Source: an uncultured Acidobacteriota bacterium (GTDB lineage: Bacteria; Acidobacteriota; Vicinamibacteria; Fen-336). Taken from it: DNA of 64,000 nt. Below are positions 10,509 through 27,083 of this stretch, piece by piece. The notes beneath the pieces were generated by a model. That model made no database searches and had not been told where the DNA came from. It saw only the letters and a list, made by a program, of their open reading frames with translations. Within the stretch, counting starts at the first letter, position 1. Each line of letters opens with the position of its first letter. Where the stretch lies: positions 28,724 through 92,723 of the forward strand of contig CAZNNH010000004.1 in NCBI GenBank assembly GCA_964574335.1, written 5' to 3'. Position numbers and translations under genes: made by a program.

Positions 10509-10734
10509 GCTTGCCCGACTTGCCCACGTCTTTCACCTGCCAGCTCCTGCGGACTGGCTGCGACTTGCCGGGAGACGACCATCCTCTACCGCTGGCGCGA
10601 ATACTTTCCCGCCGCACCGTCCACAACGGATCTTCTTCTCGCTCAACGAGAAGCTTGGCTTTCAACCGGACTTCTCCAAGCCTCTGATATCTGGATATCT
10701 CAGAGAGAGGCTCTAGCAGGAGATAATCAACCTC
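10509..10734. other. dnaA-dnaN spacer with DnaA-box-like motifs. This is a possible second oriC module or DNA-unwinding element.
   Basis: Motifs are TCTGGATAT (10690-10698, 7/9 to TGTGGATAA) within a GATATCtgGATATC direct/inverted repeat, plus cgTCCACAa and gaGATAAtc. The region is AT-rich relative to the genome. An AGGAG RBS for dnaN is present. Confidence 0.4.
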
Positions 10735-11841
10735 ATGGAGATCATTGTCAGGAAGGGCGACCTGGTGAAGGAGCTGCAGTTGGTGCAGGGAATCGTGGAG
10801 CGCAAGAACTCGATCCCGATCCTCTCCAACGTGCTTGCCGAGGCCCGGGAGGGTGAGCTACACATCTCGGCTACCGACCTCGACGTGTCGTTGAGCACCG
10901 CCTGTCCGGCCCAGACCCAGGCCTCCGGCGCGATCACGCTGGCGGCCAAGAAGCTCTACGAGATCACTCGCTCCTTGCCGGACAGCGACGTCCACCTGAA
11001 GGTGCTGCCCGACGCCTGGACCACGATCGAGTCGGAGCGGGTCCGGTTCAAGATGGCCGGCCTGCCCAGAGAGGACTTCCCCGCTCTGCCGGCCCGTGGC
11101 GAGAAGCCCAGCGTCGAGCTGCCGGGCGAGGCGTTGCGAGAGCTGATTGCTCGTACCAGCTTTGCCATCACCGCGGAAGACGCCCGTTACTACCTGGCCG
11201 GAGCACTGCTGGTGATCGAACCAGACGGGCTGTCCGCGGTGGCCACCGACGGCCACCGCCTCGCCTACGCCCACAGCGCCTGCCCGTTGGGGGTGGCCGA
11301 GGCGATGCGGGTGCTGGTCCCGAGAAAGGCGATCCACGAGCTGGGGCGGCTGCTCGAGGACGAGAAGGCCGCCACGCTGGAAAGGACCGAGAACCACCTG
11401 GTCTTCTCGGTAGGGCGCCGCACCCTGACATCGAAGCTCATCGAAGGGCAGTTCCCCGCTTTCGAGAAGGTCGTCACCGCCCAGGGCAAGCAACGGGTGA
11501 CGGTCGGCCGCGAGGAACTGGCCACCGCCATCCGCCGAGTCAGCTTGCTCTCTTCCGAACGCAGCCGAGGCATCAAGCTGACCCTCGGTCCCGAGCGGCT
11601 CGAGCTCACCGCGTCGTCGCCGGAGCTCGGTGAGGCGCGCGAGTCGCTACCGGTGGAATACGCCGACGCCGAGGTCGAAGTCGGGTTCAACGCCCAGTAC
11701 CTGCTGGACTTCCTCGGCGCCGCTGCCACCTCCCAGGTGAGGATGGAGCTCACCGACCACGAGAGCCAGGGCGTGTTTCGACCGGAGGTCGAGGATGCTG
11801 CCATCGACTACCGCTACGTCGTCATGCCGATGAGGCTCTAG
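10735..11841 (+). CDS. dnaN: DNA polymerase III beta sliding clamp
   Basis: A 368-aa protein with the three-domain beta-clamp profile, in the conserved position after dnaA. Confidence 0.95.
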   Translation: MEIIVRKGDLVKELQLVQGIVERKNSIPILSNVLAEAREGELHISATDLDVSLSTACPAQTQASGAITLAAKKLYEITRSLPDSDVHLKVLPDAWTTIESERVRFKMAGLPREDFPALPARGEKPSVELPGEALRELIARTSFAITAEDARYYLAGALLVIEPDGLSAVATDGHRLAYAHSACPLGVAEAMRVLVPRKAIHELGRLLEDEKAATLERTENHLVFSVGRRTLTSKLIEGQFPAFEKVVTAQGKQRVTVGREELATAIRRVSLLSSERSRGIKLTLGPERLELTASSPELGEARESLPVEYADAEVEVGFNAQYLLDFLGAAATSQVRMELTDHESQGVFRPEVEDAAIDYRYVVMPMRL

Positions 11842-11955
11842 TGAGGGGAAGCCTCTTGGTCTCGAGGCGACGGCGCGCAGCGGCAGGGGTGGGTCCCGCT
11901 CCTGGAGCGACCGACTCGCGCCAGCCCGGTCCCTTGCGCGCGCGCGAGCAGGACG

Positions 11956-15475
<3,520 letters not shown>

Positions 15476-15479
15476 GAGC

Positions 15480-17942
15480 ATGGAACGCGACGACATCGCC
15501 GCCCAGCGGATCCCCACCAACATCGCCGACGAGATGCGGCAGTCCTACATGGACTACGCCATGTCGGTGATCGTCGGACGCGCCCTTCCCGACGTGCGAG
15601 ACGGTCTCAAGCCGGCCAACCGGCGGGTCCTCTACGGGATGCACGAGATGGGGCTGCAACCCGGCCGCCCCTACCGGAAGTGCGCGCGCATCGTCGGCGA
15701 CGTGATGGGCAAGTACCACCCCCACGGCGACGCCGCCATCTACGACACCCTGGTCCGGATGGCCCAGGACTTCAACCTGCGCGGCCTGCTGGTCGACGGC
15801 CAAGGCAACTTCGGCTCCGTCGACGGCGATCCGCCCGCAGCGATGCGCTACACCGAGGCCCGGCTGGAACGGCTGGGCACGGTGATGATGCAGGACATCG
15901 ACAAGGACACCGTCAACTTCCACCCCAACTACGACGACCAGCTCACCGAGCCGGAGGTGCTGCCGGCGGTCTTCCCAAACCTGCTCCACAACGGCGCCAC
16001 CGGGATCGCCGTCGGGATGGCCACCAACATCCCTCCCCACAACCTGGGGGAGCTGGTGGATGGCCTGAGGTTCCTGATCGACAGCCCCGATCTGACCCCG
16101 GAGGAGCGGCTGGAGGGGCTCTTGGAGCGGATCCCCGGCCCCGACTTCCCCACCGCCGGCTTCATCTGCGGCCGAGCCGGGATCCGCCAGGCCTACCGCA
16201 CCGGCCGGGGAACCCTGATCCTGCGGGCGCGGGCCGAGATCGAGCCACGCAAGGGCGATCGCGAGAGCATCGTGATCACCGAGATCCCCTACCAAGTGAA
16301 CAAGGCCCGGCTGATCGAGCGGATCGCCGAGCTGGTGCGGGACAAGCGGGTCGAGGGGATTGCCGACGTCCGCGACGAGAGCGACCGTGAGGGGATGCGG
16401 ATCGTGGTCGACGTTCGCCGGGGCGAGCCCAGCCAGGTGATCCTGAACAACCTCTACAAGCACACCCAGCTTCAGGACTCCTACGGCGTGATCCTGCTGG
16501 CCATCGTCGACCAGCGCCCGCGCCAGCTCAACCTGCTCCAGGCCTCTGAGCTCTTCCTCGACTTCCGACGCCAGGTGGTGCGCCGCCGGACCGCCTTCGA
16601 TCTGGCCAAGGCCGAGGCCCGAGCCCACGTTCTCGAAGGGCTGGTGATCGCCATCGACCACCTGGACGCGGTGATCAGCCTGATTCGGGCGTCCAAGACG
16701 CCAGCCGAGGCTCGGGCCGGACTGGTCGAGCGCTTCTCGCTGAGCGAGATCCAGGCCAAGGAGATCCTGGACCTTCAGCTCCAGCGGCTCACCGGCCTCG
16801 AACGCCAGAAGATCCTCGAGGAGTTGACCGAGGTGCGTGCCCTGATCGCACGCCTACGGGAGATCCTCGCCTCATCTCGCCAGATCGACGGCATCATCGC
16901 CGACGAGCTCGAGGAGGTTCGCGGCAAGCATGCCGACCCAAGGCGCACGGAGATCCTGGACGCGGTCGACGAGATCACCATCGAGGACACCATCGCCGAC
17001 GAGGACGTGGCCATCTCGATCACCCACGACGGGTACATCAAGCGCACGGCCATCGACTCCTACCGCAGCCAGAGGCGCGGCGGGCGGGGCAAGGTCGGGA
17101 TGCGCACCAAGGACCAGGATTTCGTCGACAACCTGTTCATCGCCTCCACCCACTCGTACATCCTGATCTTCACCGATCGCGGCCGCGTCTACTGGCTAAA
17201 GGTCCATCAGATCCCGGACGTCGGTCCCCAGGCCAAGGGCAAGGCCATCATCAACCTGGTGCGGCTGCAGCCGGGCGAGAAGCCGGCGGCGGTCTGCCCG
17301 GTCCGGACCTTCGAGGGGGGGGGCTTCGTCTTGCTGGGCACTCGCAAGGGGATCGTCAAGAAGACCGCGCTGTCGCACTTCGGCCGGCCCCGCCCCGGCG
17401 GGATCATCGCGCTAGGGGTGGAGGATGACGACTCGCTGATCGGCGCCGTCCAGACCCGCGGCCAGGACGGCATCTTCCTGGCCACCCGCGATGGGATGGC
17501 GATCCACTTCCGTGAGGAGGATGTGCGCCCCACCGGACGCACCGCCTACGGGGTGCGGGCGATCACCCTGCGCCCCGGGGACGAGGTGGCGTGGCTCGAG
17601 GTGGTGCGGCCTGGAGCGGTGCTGAGCGTCACCGAGAACGGGTACGGCAAGCGGACCCCGATCCAGGAGTACCCGCCGCAGAGCCGCGGGGGCAAGGGAC
17701 GGATCAACATCCGCTGCTCGGCCCGTAACGGCCGGGTCGTCGGGGCCCAGATCGTCAGCGGCGACGAGGGCGTGATGCTGATCACGGGAAAGGGTATGAT
17801 CATCCGGCTGGACACGGCGGAGATATCGGTCGTGGGTCGGAGCACCCAGGGTGTCCGGCTGATTCAGCTCGACGAGGGCGACCAACTGGTGTCGGTGGCT
17901 CGCCTGGCGGAGCGGGAGCAGGGCGAGGCAACGAACTCATAG
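15480..17942 (+). CDS. gyrA: DNA gyrase subunit A
   Basis: An 820-aa protein whose QRDR region is ...[19 protein letters not shown], with active-site Tyr context and a C-terminal beta-pinwheel. Confidence 0.97.
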   Translation: MERDDIAAQRIPTNIADEMRQSYMDYAMSVIVGRALPDVRDGLKPANRRVLYGMHEMGLQPGRPYRKCARIVGDVMGKYHPHGDAAIYDTLVRMAQDFNLRGLLVDGQGNFGSVDGDPPAAMRYTEARLERLGTVMMQDIDKDTVNFHPNYDDQLTEPEVLPAVFPNLLHNGATGIAVGMATNIPPHNLGELVDGLRFLIDSPDLTPEERLEGLLERIPGPDFPTAGFICGRAGIRQAYRTGRGTLILRARAEIEPRKGDRESIVITEIPYQVNKARLIERIAELVRDKRVEGIADVRDESDREGMRIVVDVRRGEPSQVILNNLYKHTQLQDSYGVILLAIVDQRPRQLNLLQASELFLDFRRQVVRRRTAFDLAKAEARAHVLEGLVIAIDHLDAVISLIRASKTPAEARAGLVERFSLSEIQAKEILDLQLQRLTGLERQKILEELTEVRALIARLREILASSRQIDGIIADELEEVRGKHADPRRTEILDAVDEITIEDTIADEDVAISITHDGYIKRTAIDSYRSQRRGGRGKVGMRTKDQDFVDNLFIASTHSYILIFTDRGRVYWLKVHQIPDVGPQAKGKAIINLVRLQPGEKPAAVCPVRTFEGGGFVLLGTRKGIVKKTALSHFGRPRPGGIIALGVEDDDSLIGAVQTRGQDGIFLATRDGMAIHFREEDVRPTGRTAYGVRAITLRPGDEVAWLEVVRPGAVLSVTENGYGKRTPIQEYPPQSRGGKGRINIRCSARNGRVVGAQIVSGDEGVMLITGKGMIIRLDTAEISVVGRSTQGVRLIQLDEGDQLVSVARLAEREQGEATNS

Positions 17943-17996
17943 AGTGCGGGTTGCGTCGGCCTTTGGAACCGGCGCGGATCGACCAAGGAGGACGGA

Positions 17997-18671
17997 ATGA
18001 ACCATCGTGGGGCGGTCATCCTGACGATCGCCGGCCTAGTGCTGGCCGGCGCGGCCTGCGGCCACCGCCAGCAGGGAGTGGTGGACAACTACTTCCGTGC
18101 GGTCAATGCCGGAGACAACCAGACGCTCAGCAGCTTCGCCCTGGTCGGCTTCGACCAGAAGGTCGACAACTGGAAGATCGTGGCTGGTCATCCCGAGACC
18201 GAGAGCCCGGCGCCGCTGGTCGAGCTGGCCCAAGGGGTCAGCGACGCGGAAGCCGCCCTGGCCGCCAACAAGAAGGAGTACAACGCCTATTTCCTCGACC
18301 ACCCGTCGGAGGTGGACCAGGTTCGCGAGCTGCTGCGGACCGAGGCACGAATCCCCACCAAGCTCCAGAAGTACGCAGAGGACTGGCAGGCCTTCATCGA
18401 GAAGGAGAAGGAGCTGAAGCGTGCCCTGGCGGAGGCCAAGGAGGCCCTGGCCCACGAGAAGAAGATCGCCGCCCTCTCGGTCGAGCCCGACGACGGTATC
18501 GAGAAGCTGGTGGGTACCGTCCACACTCAGGACATCGACCTGATGCTGACCATCGATGGCCAGGAGAAGCCGTACACCATAACCCTCCGGAAGTACGACC
18601 TGAGCGAAACCGAGGGGGGACCGGAGCGGCTCAGCCGTTGGGTGATCTGCGAGCTGAAGCCCACCGCCTAG
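17997..18671 (+). CDS. Hypothetical secreted or lipoprotein with a K/E-rich coiled-coil segment
   Basis: A strong AAGGAGGA RBS is present. The signal peptide is MNHRGAVILTIAGLVLAGAAC. No recognisable catalytic motif was found. Confidence 0.5.
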   Translation: MNHRGAVILTIAGLVLAGAACGHRQQGVVDNYFRAVNAGDNQTLSSFALVGFDQKVDNWKIVAGHPETESPAPLVELAQGVSDAEAALAANKKEYNAYFLDHPSEVDQVRELLRTEARIPTKLQKYAEDWQAFIEKEKELKRALAEAKEALAHEKKIAALSVEPDDGIEKLVGTVHTQDIDLMLTIDGQEKPYTITLRKYDLSETEGGPERLSRWVICELKPTA

Positions 18672-18685
18672 TCAGCCGAGCCCCG

Positions 18686-20925
18686 TCAGGCCGGGACCAG
18701 CCCGGCGTAGCGGGCCATCAGGCATTTCGGCCCCAGGCCCGGGAAAGAGACCGTCACCTTGAGGCCGTCTCCCCGGCCCTCGTTCCGTAGCACGGTCCCC
18801 ACCCCGAAGAGCGGGTGCCTGACCCGACGCCCCGGACGCAGCTCATCCGGGCCGGACAGCGCCGGGAGCAGAGACGTTGGGGTCTCGACGGAGACTCCTG
18901 GCCGGCCGGCGTCGAGCCCCGAGAGCTGGACATGCCGCCGCGGGATCTCGGAGAGGAATCGAGAAGGCTCCGATAGCCGTCGCTGGCCGAAGACCTGGCG
19001 GCTCACCGCCCAGGACATGAAGAGGCGTCGCTTGGCCCGGGTCATGCCGACGTAGCAGAGGCGTCGCTCCTCCTCCAGCGCCCGCGCGCTCTGGAGGCTG
19101 CGTGCGTGCGGAGCCAGACCCTCCTCCATTCCCACCAGGAAGACAGCGTCGAACTCCAAGCCTTTGGCGGAATGGAGCGTCATCAGCACCACCGGGACGT
19201 CGTCCCGTATCTCGTCGGCGTCGCTGAGCAGCGAAACGCTGTCCAGGAAGCCGATCAGGCCGCCCTCCGGCTCTCGGAGAGAGAAGTCATCGGCCGCCTG
19301 CAGCAGCTCGGCGAGGTTGGCCAGGCGCTCCTGGCTTTCGACGGAGTTGTCGTGGGCCAGGGCCGCGGCATAGCCGCTCCGCTCCAGCACCCACCCGAGG
19401 AGCTGCCGCAGGCTCGAGCCGTCGACGTCCCGCTGAAGGCCCAGCATCAGGTCCCTGAAGCGGAGCAGGGGTTGGCACGCGCGAGCGGGCAGCAGCGCCT
19501 CGTCCACCGCGCGAACCAGGGCGCCCCAGAGGTGGTCCTGCCGGGCCGCGGCCAGCCGCTCGAGCTCGGCCAGGGTGCGGCCGCCGATGCCTCGCGGCGG
19601 CACGTTCAGGACACGCCGGAGTGCCACGTCGTCACGAGGGTTGCGCACCACCCGCAGGTAGGCCAGCAGGTCCTTGATCTCCTTGCGGGCGTAGAAGCCG
19701 ACCCCACCCACCACGCAGTAGGAGAGGTTCCGTCTCAGCAACGCCTCCTCGAGCAGCCGACTCTGGGCGTTGACGCGATAGAGCACGGCGACCCGGCCCG
19801 TTCCCAGGAGCTCTTCGATGTGGGCCACGGTCCAGGCGGCTTCGTGATACTCGTCAGCGGCGCGGTGCACCCGTACCGGCTCCCCGTCTCCGCTCACGGC
19901 CAGCAGGCGCTTGCCGAGACGGGAGCGGTTGTGGGCGACGAGACCGGCGGCGGCATCCAGTATCGGTTGGACAGACCGGTAGTTGTGCTCCAGGCGGAGC
20001 ACCCTGGCCGGCGAGAAGTCACGCTCGAAGTCGAGGATGTTGCGAATGTCCGCGCCCCTCCAGGAATAGATCGACTGGTCCTCGTCACCCACCACAGTGA
20101 GGTTCCCGTCGGCCCCCACCAGTAGCCGCACCAGCTGGTACTGGACGCGGTTGGTGTCCTGATACTCGTCCACCAGCACGTAGCGAAAGCGGCGCTGCCA
20201 GCGCTCGCGGACCGCGGCTTCCTGGTTCAACAAGGCCACCGCTTCGACCAGCAGGTCGTCGAAGTCGAGGGCGTTGGCCTCTCGGAGCAGCTCCCCGTAG
20301 CGATCGGCGACGCGGTCCAGGAGGCGCTCCGACAAGCTGGGCTCGGGACCGTCCGGGTCGAGGTCGGGCGCGTCCATCTCCTCTTCGTTGTCTCCGTTTC
20401 GGGTGCACTCGGCCGCAACCGCCGCAGGCCCCTGAGGCAGGGCGCGGTTCTTACGGGCGGACAGGCGCGACAGGACACGCCGTGGCGGGTGCAGCTTCTC
20501 CGGCAGGCCGAGCGCCCGCAGGGCCGTCCGCACCGCGGCGAGCTGGTCATCGGCGTCGTAGATGACGAAGTCACGACGTCGCCCCAGCGCGTCCGCGTGG
20601 CGGCGCAACAGCCGCACGCAGAAGCTGTGAAACGTCATGATCCAGAGGGAGGTCGACTCCTCGCCCAAGAGCGAGGCGACACGGGCGCGCATCTCCGCCG
20701 CCGCCTTGTTGGTGAAGGTGACCGCCAGCACCTGCTCCGGCAGGACGCCTCGCTCGCGAATCAGATGGGCGATGCGGTGGGTGATGACGCGCGTCTTGCC
20801 GCTCCCGGCCCCGGCCTGGATCAGCACCGCCCCCCCAGTGGCCAGCACCGCCTGCTGCTGCTGCGGGTTCAGGCCCTCGAGAAGGGGAGAAGCCGCGGCA
20901 CCGGCTGGGGGCTCGGACGCCTCGA

Positions 20926-20929
<4 letters not shown>
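18686..20929 (-). CDS. uvrD: UvrD/PcrA-family ATP-dependent DNA helicase
   Basis: A 747-aa protein with Walker A ([16 protein letters not shown]) and helicase motifs Ia-VI, plus an acidic insert ([16 protein letters not shown]). Confidence 0.9.
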
Positions 20930-22767
<1,838 letters not shown>

Positions 22768-22841
22768 CGCGGACTAGCCCCCGCCTCGGGACGCCGAGAG
22801 GCCCTGCGCGACCCGGCCGCCATGGGTGTCGCCGGGGGCGG

Positions 22842-24257
22842 TCATGGGCGCGGCTTGGACCCCGCCAGGGCCTCGCGGCGTTGCCGCGCCCAGCCAGGCT
22901 TGACCACCTGGCGGGCCCGCCCGAGGACCAGCGCGTCTGCCGGGACGTCCTGGGTGACGACGCTGCCGGCCGCCACGTAGGCGCCCTCGCCGATAGTCAC
23001 CGGTGCCACCAGGGTCGAGTTGCTACCGATGAAGGCGCCAGCGGCGATCGTCGTGGGATGTTTCAGGCGCCCGTCATAGTTGCAGGTGATGGTGCCGGCG
23101 CCCACGTTCACGCCGGGACCGATGGTGCTGTCCCCCAGGTAGGACAGGTGGGGAGCCTTGGAGCCCTTCCCGAGGTGGGTCTTCTTGAGCTCGACGAAGT
23201 TGCCCACTCGGGCGCCCGCCCCAATCACCGTGGCCGGCCGCACGTGGGCGAACGGCCCCACCGAGGCCGCGGCCTCGACCGTGCACTCTCGGAGCAGGCA
23301 GTGGTCGAGAACCTGAGCCCCGGCGCCGACCTCCACGTCCACCAGGCGGGCGAATGGCCCCACGGCCGCGCCGGAGCGGATCACGCTGTGCCCCTCGAGC
23401 ACACAGAACGGGCGGATCACGGCCTCCGGCTCGACCACGACATCCGGACCGACGCGGATGCTGGTCGGGTCCTCCAGCAGCGCTCCTGTCTCGAGAAGCT
23501 GGTGGAGCCGCCGGGCGTTCAAGATCCTGGCGGCCTTGGCCAGCTCGGCGAGTGTGTTGACGCCGAGGGCCTCGTCGGGGTCTTGGGTGGGCATCGCGCA
23601 GACGCGGAGCCCCTCGGACCGGAGCAAGGCCACCACGTCGGTCAGATAGTACTCGCCCTGGGCGTTGTGGGCCTCCAGCCGATCGAGGGCGGGCAGCAGC
23701 GGCCCTCGCTCGAAGACGTAGACCCCCGCGTTGAGCTCGCGCACAGCGTGCTCATCGGGAGAGGCATCGGCGGCCTCCACGATGCGCTCCACAGCGCCGT
23801 CCATCCCCCGGATCACACGGCCGTAGGCGCTCGGGCCGGGCAGCTCGAAGGAGAGGAGGGTGGCGGCAGCACCCGCCCGAAGGTGGGTTTCGAGCAAGGT
23901 CCGCAGGGTCTCGGACCGCAGCAGCGGCTGGTCCCCGTAGAGCACCAGCAGCCGCTCGGGGGGCCGGCTCGAGAAGATCTCCCGGGCCGAGCGCAAGGCG
24001 TCCCCGGTTCCGAGCGGTGACGACTGCCGGGCGAACTCGAGCGGCTCTCCTTCGAAGGCGGCCTCGACCAGCTCGGCGCCGTGCCCCACCACCACCGTGA
24101 CCGGGCGGCACCCAGCCCCCTCGACGGCAGCCAGGACGTAGCCGAGGACGGGTCGGTCGCCGGCCCGATGCAAGACCTTCGGGAGCCGGCTCCGCATCCG
24201 TTTACCGAGCCCGGCTGCCAACACGACGGCCTGCGCGTCGAGGCTCACCAAGCGCAT
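22842..24257 (-). CDS. glmU: Bifunctional GlcNAc-1-phosphate uridyltransferase / glucosamine-1-phosphate acetyltransferase
   Basis: A 471-aa protein with an N-terminal nucleotidyltransferase fold (LAAGLGKRMRS) and C-terminal left-handed beta-helix hexapeptide repeats. Confidence 0.93.
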   Translation of the reverse strand: MRLVSLDAQAVVLAAGLGKRMRSRLPKVLHRAGDRPVLGYVLAAVEGAGCRPVTVVVGHGAELVEAAFEGEPLEFARQSSPLGTGDALRSAREIFSSRPPERLLVLYGDQPLLRSETLRTLLETHLRAGAAATLLSFELPGPSAYGRVIRGMDGAVERIVEAADASPDEHAVRELNAGVYVFERGPLLPALDRLEAHNAQGEYYLTDVVALLRSEGLRVCAMPTQDPDEALGVNTLAELAKAARILNARRLHQLLETGALLEDPTSIRVGPDVVVEPEAVIRPFCVLEGHSVIRSGAAVGPFARLVDVEVGAGAQVLDHCLLRECTVEAAASVGPFAHVRPATVIGAGARVGNFVELKKTHLGKGSKAPHLSYLGDSTIGPGVNVGAGTITCNYDGRLKHPTTIAAGAFIGSNSTLVAPVTIGEGAYVAAGSVVTQDVPADALVLGRARQVVKPGWARQRREALAGSKPRP

Positions 24258-24291
24258 CCTAGCACGGGGCCCTGGAGCGCTCGGAGCGGCG

Positions 24292-24813
24292 TCACACCGC
24301 CTCGATCAGCGCCTCGAACCCCGCCTCGTCGCGGATGTCATCGAAGTCGGCATCGTGGCGAGCCTGGGCGCGGACCTCGGACGAGATCGTGATCGCCTCC
24401 CGCAGCGCCTGGATCGCCCCACCCACGTCCCCGGTCCGGGCCAGACTGGCCGCCAGGCAGTAGTGGGCGTGCACGTTCTTGGGAGCCTGCTCGGCCGCCC
24501 GGCGAAAGCACTTGACCGCGTCGGCGAAGGACTCGGCGTTGTGCAGGAAGACCCCGTGGGCCAGCAGCTCCTCGAGGCTCTTGGGTTTGAAGGGGGCGGC
24601 AGGATGTGTCTCCCGCTCGCAGATGAGCAGATAGACGCGAGCGCGCTCGATCAGGTCGGGCTGGTCCTTGTGCTGCTCGAGGAGCGCGGCAAAGTGGGTC
24701 TGCGCTCGTTCGAAGTCCTTCTTGCCCAACGCGCGGAACGCCTTCTCGAAGAGCTCGAGCGCCTGACTGGAGCGGCGCGGCGCAGCCCCTCCCGAGACCC
24801 TCTTTCCGCTCAT
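24292..24813 (-). CDS. TPR-repeat protein
   Basis: 173 aa. TPR-like helical repeats were recognised by eye (YCLAASLARTGDVGGAIQALREA...). It is the first gene of the TPR-glmU-glmS-uvrD co-directional cluster. Confidence 0.55.
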   Translation of the reverse strand: MSGKRVSGGAAPRRSSQALELFEKAFRALGKKDFERAQTHFAALLEQHKDQPDLIERARVYLLICERETHPAAPFKPKSLEELLAHGVFLHNAESFADAVKCFRRAAEQAPKNVHAHYCLAASLARTGDVGGAIQALREAITISSEVRAQARHDADFDDIRDEAGFEALIEAV

Positions 24814-25073
24814 CCCTCGCCTCCTTTCCGACCGCAGGTCTTAGGGCGAAAGCAGCGAGTCTAGCACACCATTCCCGCCCCGGAAGTGAGCGCCGCTATC
24901 GTCGCCGGGGTGGGTGTGGTCTCGCGGCCACGGGGCGGCCTCCCGGCCTGTGGTCTGGGCCCCACACCGGCCGGCGCCTGACTCTCGCAAGAGGTTGTGG
25001 CTGAGCAACATCGCTCCCTTCCGCCGATCGGCACGGCTGTTGCACGCTTCCGCCGGAACACGGAAAACGCTGC

Positions 25074-25976
25074 ATGGCCTATCGAAGGACTCTCAGGCGG
25101 GCGGTTGGCTGCACCGGGATCGGCCTTCACTCCGGCCGCGCCGTCCACCTCGAGATCAAGCCGGCGCCCGCCGAGCATGGCATCCGCTTCCTCCGGACGG
25201 ACGTGGGCGTGACCATCCCCGCCACCCTCGCCCACCTGGGTCGGACCGACCACGCCACCTCCCTGAGCGCCGGGGGCTTCTCGGTGGAGACGGTGGAACA
25301 CCTGCTCTCGGCCCTGCAGGGCCTCGGTGTGGACGACGCTCTGGTGGAGGTCGACCGCCCAGAGCTGCCGATCCTGGATGGCAGCGCGGCCCCGTACGTG
25401 TTCCTTCTTCACGAAGCCGGGCTCCGACCGCAGCGAGCGCCCCGGCGGTTCCTCAAGGTCCTCCAGCCGGTCGAGGTGGTTCACGGCGGCAAGCGCGTAC
25501 GGCTCTCTCCTGCCGACCACTTCCGTGTCAGCTACTCCATCGGCTTCGAGCACCCGCTGCTCCGGCGCCAGTCGGCGTCGTTCCGTGTCAGCGCCCAGAC
25601 CTTCACCGAGAGCATCGCGCCCGCCCGCACCTTCGGCTTCCTGAGAGAGGTCGAGCAGCTTCGGCGCAAGGGGCTCGCCCTCGGTGGGAGCCTGGAGAAC
25701 GCGGTGGTGATCAGCGAGGGCGGGGTGCTCAACAACAACCTGCGCTTCCAGGACGAGTTCGTCCGCCACAAGATCCTGGACGCGGTTGGCGACCTCGCCC
25801 TGCTCGGGCGCCCCCTCCTCGCCCACCTCGAAGCCGAGAAGGCCGGGCACGCGATGCACACAGCCGTCGCCCAGCGGCTTCTGGAGACGCCGGAAGCCTG
25901 GGCCTTGGTCGCCCATCCCCAGCTTCCTACCGTAGACGTGGCGCCGGCCCGGGAGCCGGTCCTCGAGATTCCCTGA
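25074..25976 (+). CDS. lpxC: UDP-3-O-acyl-N-acetylglucosamine deacetylase
   Basis: A 300-aa protein with the LpxC two-domain profile and conserved Zn-ligand His/Asp context (HxxxD...HKILD). It marks a lipid A pathway and hence an outer membrane. Confidence 0.9.
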   Translation: MAYRRTLRRAVGCTGIGLHSGRAVHLEIKPAPAEHGIRFLRTDVGVTIPATLAHLGRTDHATSLSAGGFSVETVEHLLSALQGLGVDDALVEVDRPELPILDGSAAPYVFLLHEAGLRPQRAPRRFLKVLQPVEVVHGGKRVRLSPADHFRVSYSIGFEHPLLRRQSASFRVSAQTFTESIAPARTFGFLREVEQLRRKGLALGGSLENAVVISEGGVLNNNLRFQDEFVRHKILDAVGDLALLGRPLLAHLEAEKAGHAMHTAVAQRLLETPEAWALVAHPQLPTVDVAPAREPVLEIP

Positions 25977-25999
25977 TCACGACCCGCCGGGGGAGCGGC

Positions 26000-26410
26000 C
26001 TACTTCCCCTTGGGCTCGACCACTGTCGCCAAAAGCAGCACCGTGAAGGACTTCTGGCCCATGTCATTGGAGTGTATCAGGACCCTCTTGCGGAGGTGAC
26101 GGGGGCTGGACCCGGTCCTCAGCGTGGCGCGCAGCACCGTGCTCTCGCCGGGGGCGAGGAGCTTGTCGTCGAGCAGCGCCGCCGTGCACCCGCAGTCGGT
26201 CAGCACCTTCTCGATCACGAGCTCCTTGGTCCCCTGATTGGAGACCGTGAACTCCTTCTCCACCGTCTTGTTGGGGAGCACCTCGCCGAAGTCGAATTGC
26301 GACGGCTCGACGGCGATCCGCGGCCCGCGGATCCTCCCCTTGGCCGGCCCGTCAGAACCTGCCGGCAAGAGCAGCAGCCCTGCCAGCAGCAGCCCCAGAC
26401 CACCCGTCAT
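26000..26410 (-). CDS. DUF1573 (ASH/Ig-like) secreted protein
   Basis: Signal peptide followed by the FDFGEV...FTVSNQG...CGCT...SNDM pattern typical of DUF1573. Confidence 0.6.
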   Translation of the reverse strand: MTGGLGLLLAGLLLLPAGSDGPAKGRIRGPRIAVEPSQFDFGEVLPNKTVEKEFTVSNQGTKELVIEKVLTDCGCTAALLDDKLLAPGESTVLRATLRTGSSPRHLRKRVLIHSNDMGQKSFTVLLLATVVEPKGK

Positions 26411-26718
26411 GATGACCTCCCCGCTGCCCGCCCCCGAGCCTTCTTTCTGTTGTTCCCCGAGGTCAGCCGCCGCATGTAGGCGTCCAGGATCTCGTTCTCG
26501 TAGGTGACCGAGTTCAGGAACAGGCTCTCTACAAGATAACTCTGCCGGTCCTCCTCGGTCATCTGGGTCACCAGCCCCCGGATCTCCCGCATCATGTCCT
26601 CGAAGGAGACCTGGAGCTTCTTCTTGAGCGTGACCTCCCGGTACAGGGTCTCGAGCAGCGCCAGAAGGTCCCCGTCCAGGGGGAGCTCGAAGCCCGTCGA
26701 TAGCCGGACGCTACGCAC
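26407..26718 (-). CDS. Hypothetical 103-aa protein, the unknown partner in a sigma/STAS operon
   Basis: It shows 4-nt and 8-nt overlaps with the flanking genes. No recognisable domain was found. Confidence 0.4.
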   Translation of the reverse strand: MRSVRLSTGFELPLDGDLLALLETLYREVTLKKKLQVSFEDMMREIRGLVTQMTEEDRQSYLVESLFLNSVTYENEILDAYMRRLTSGNNRKKARGRAAGRSS

Positions 26719-27079
26719 CGCCGCGGCCCTCCGAGGCCTGGCTGCCGAACGCCAGCAGCGCCTCCTTTTCGTCCTTGTGAATCTCGATGATCCGGTGGAC
26801 CCCGGTCATCGAGAGCATGGTCTCGACGCGTGGCTGGAGGCCGCTCAGCCGGAGCCGCCCCGAGCGGTCGTCCAAGAGCCGATGGATGTCCATCAGGCAG
26901 CCGATCGAGGCGCTGTCGACGTAGCTGACCGCAGCCAGGTCGATCACCAGCCCGCGGGCCCCCTCCTCGACCAACTGCCTGATGTCCGCGAAGAACGAGG
27001 ACAGGACCGGGTAGGTGAGCTTCGCTTCTTGGACGCGCACCACCCGGACCTCTCCGTGACTCTCCACCAGAAGACGCAT
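26711..27079 (-). CDS. STAS-domain anti-sigma-factor antagonist (SpoIIAA/RsbV-like)
   Basis: MRLLVESHGEVRVVRVQEAKLTYPVLSSFFADIRQLVEEG...VDSASIG. The ATG at 27077-79 has a GGAGGTG RBS. The track also allows a GTG at 27133. Confidence 0.7.
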   Translation of the reverse strand: MRLLVESHGEVRVVRVQEAKLTYPVLSSFFADIRQLVEEGARGLVIDLAAVSYVDSASIGCLMDIHRLLDDRSGRLRLSGLQPRVETMLSMTGVHRIIEIHKDEKEALLAFGSQASEGRGGA

Positions 27080-27083
27080 CAGC

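Noticed and set aside
22768-22841. glmS ribozyme upstream of glmS
   Set aside because: The glmU-glmS spacer is only 74 nt, far shorter than the ribozyme of about 170 nt, and glmS is internal to an operon.
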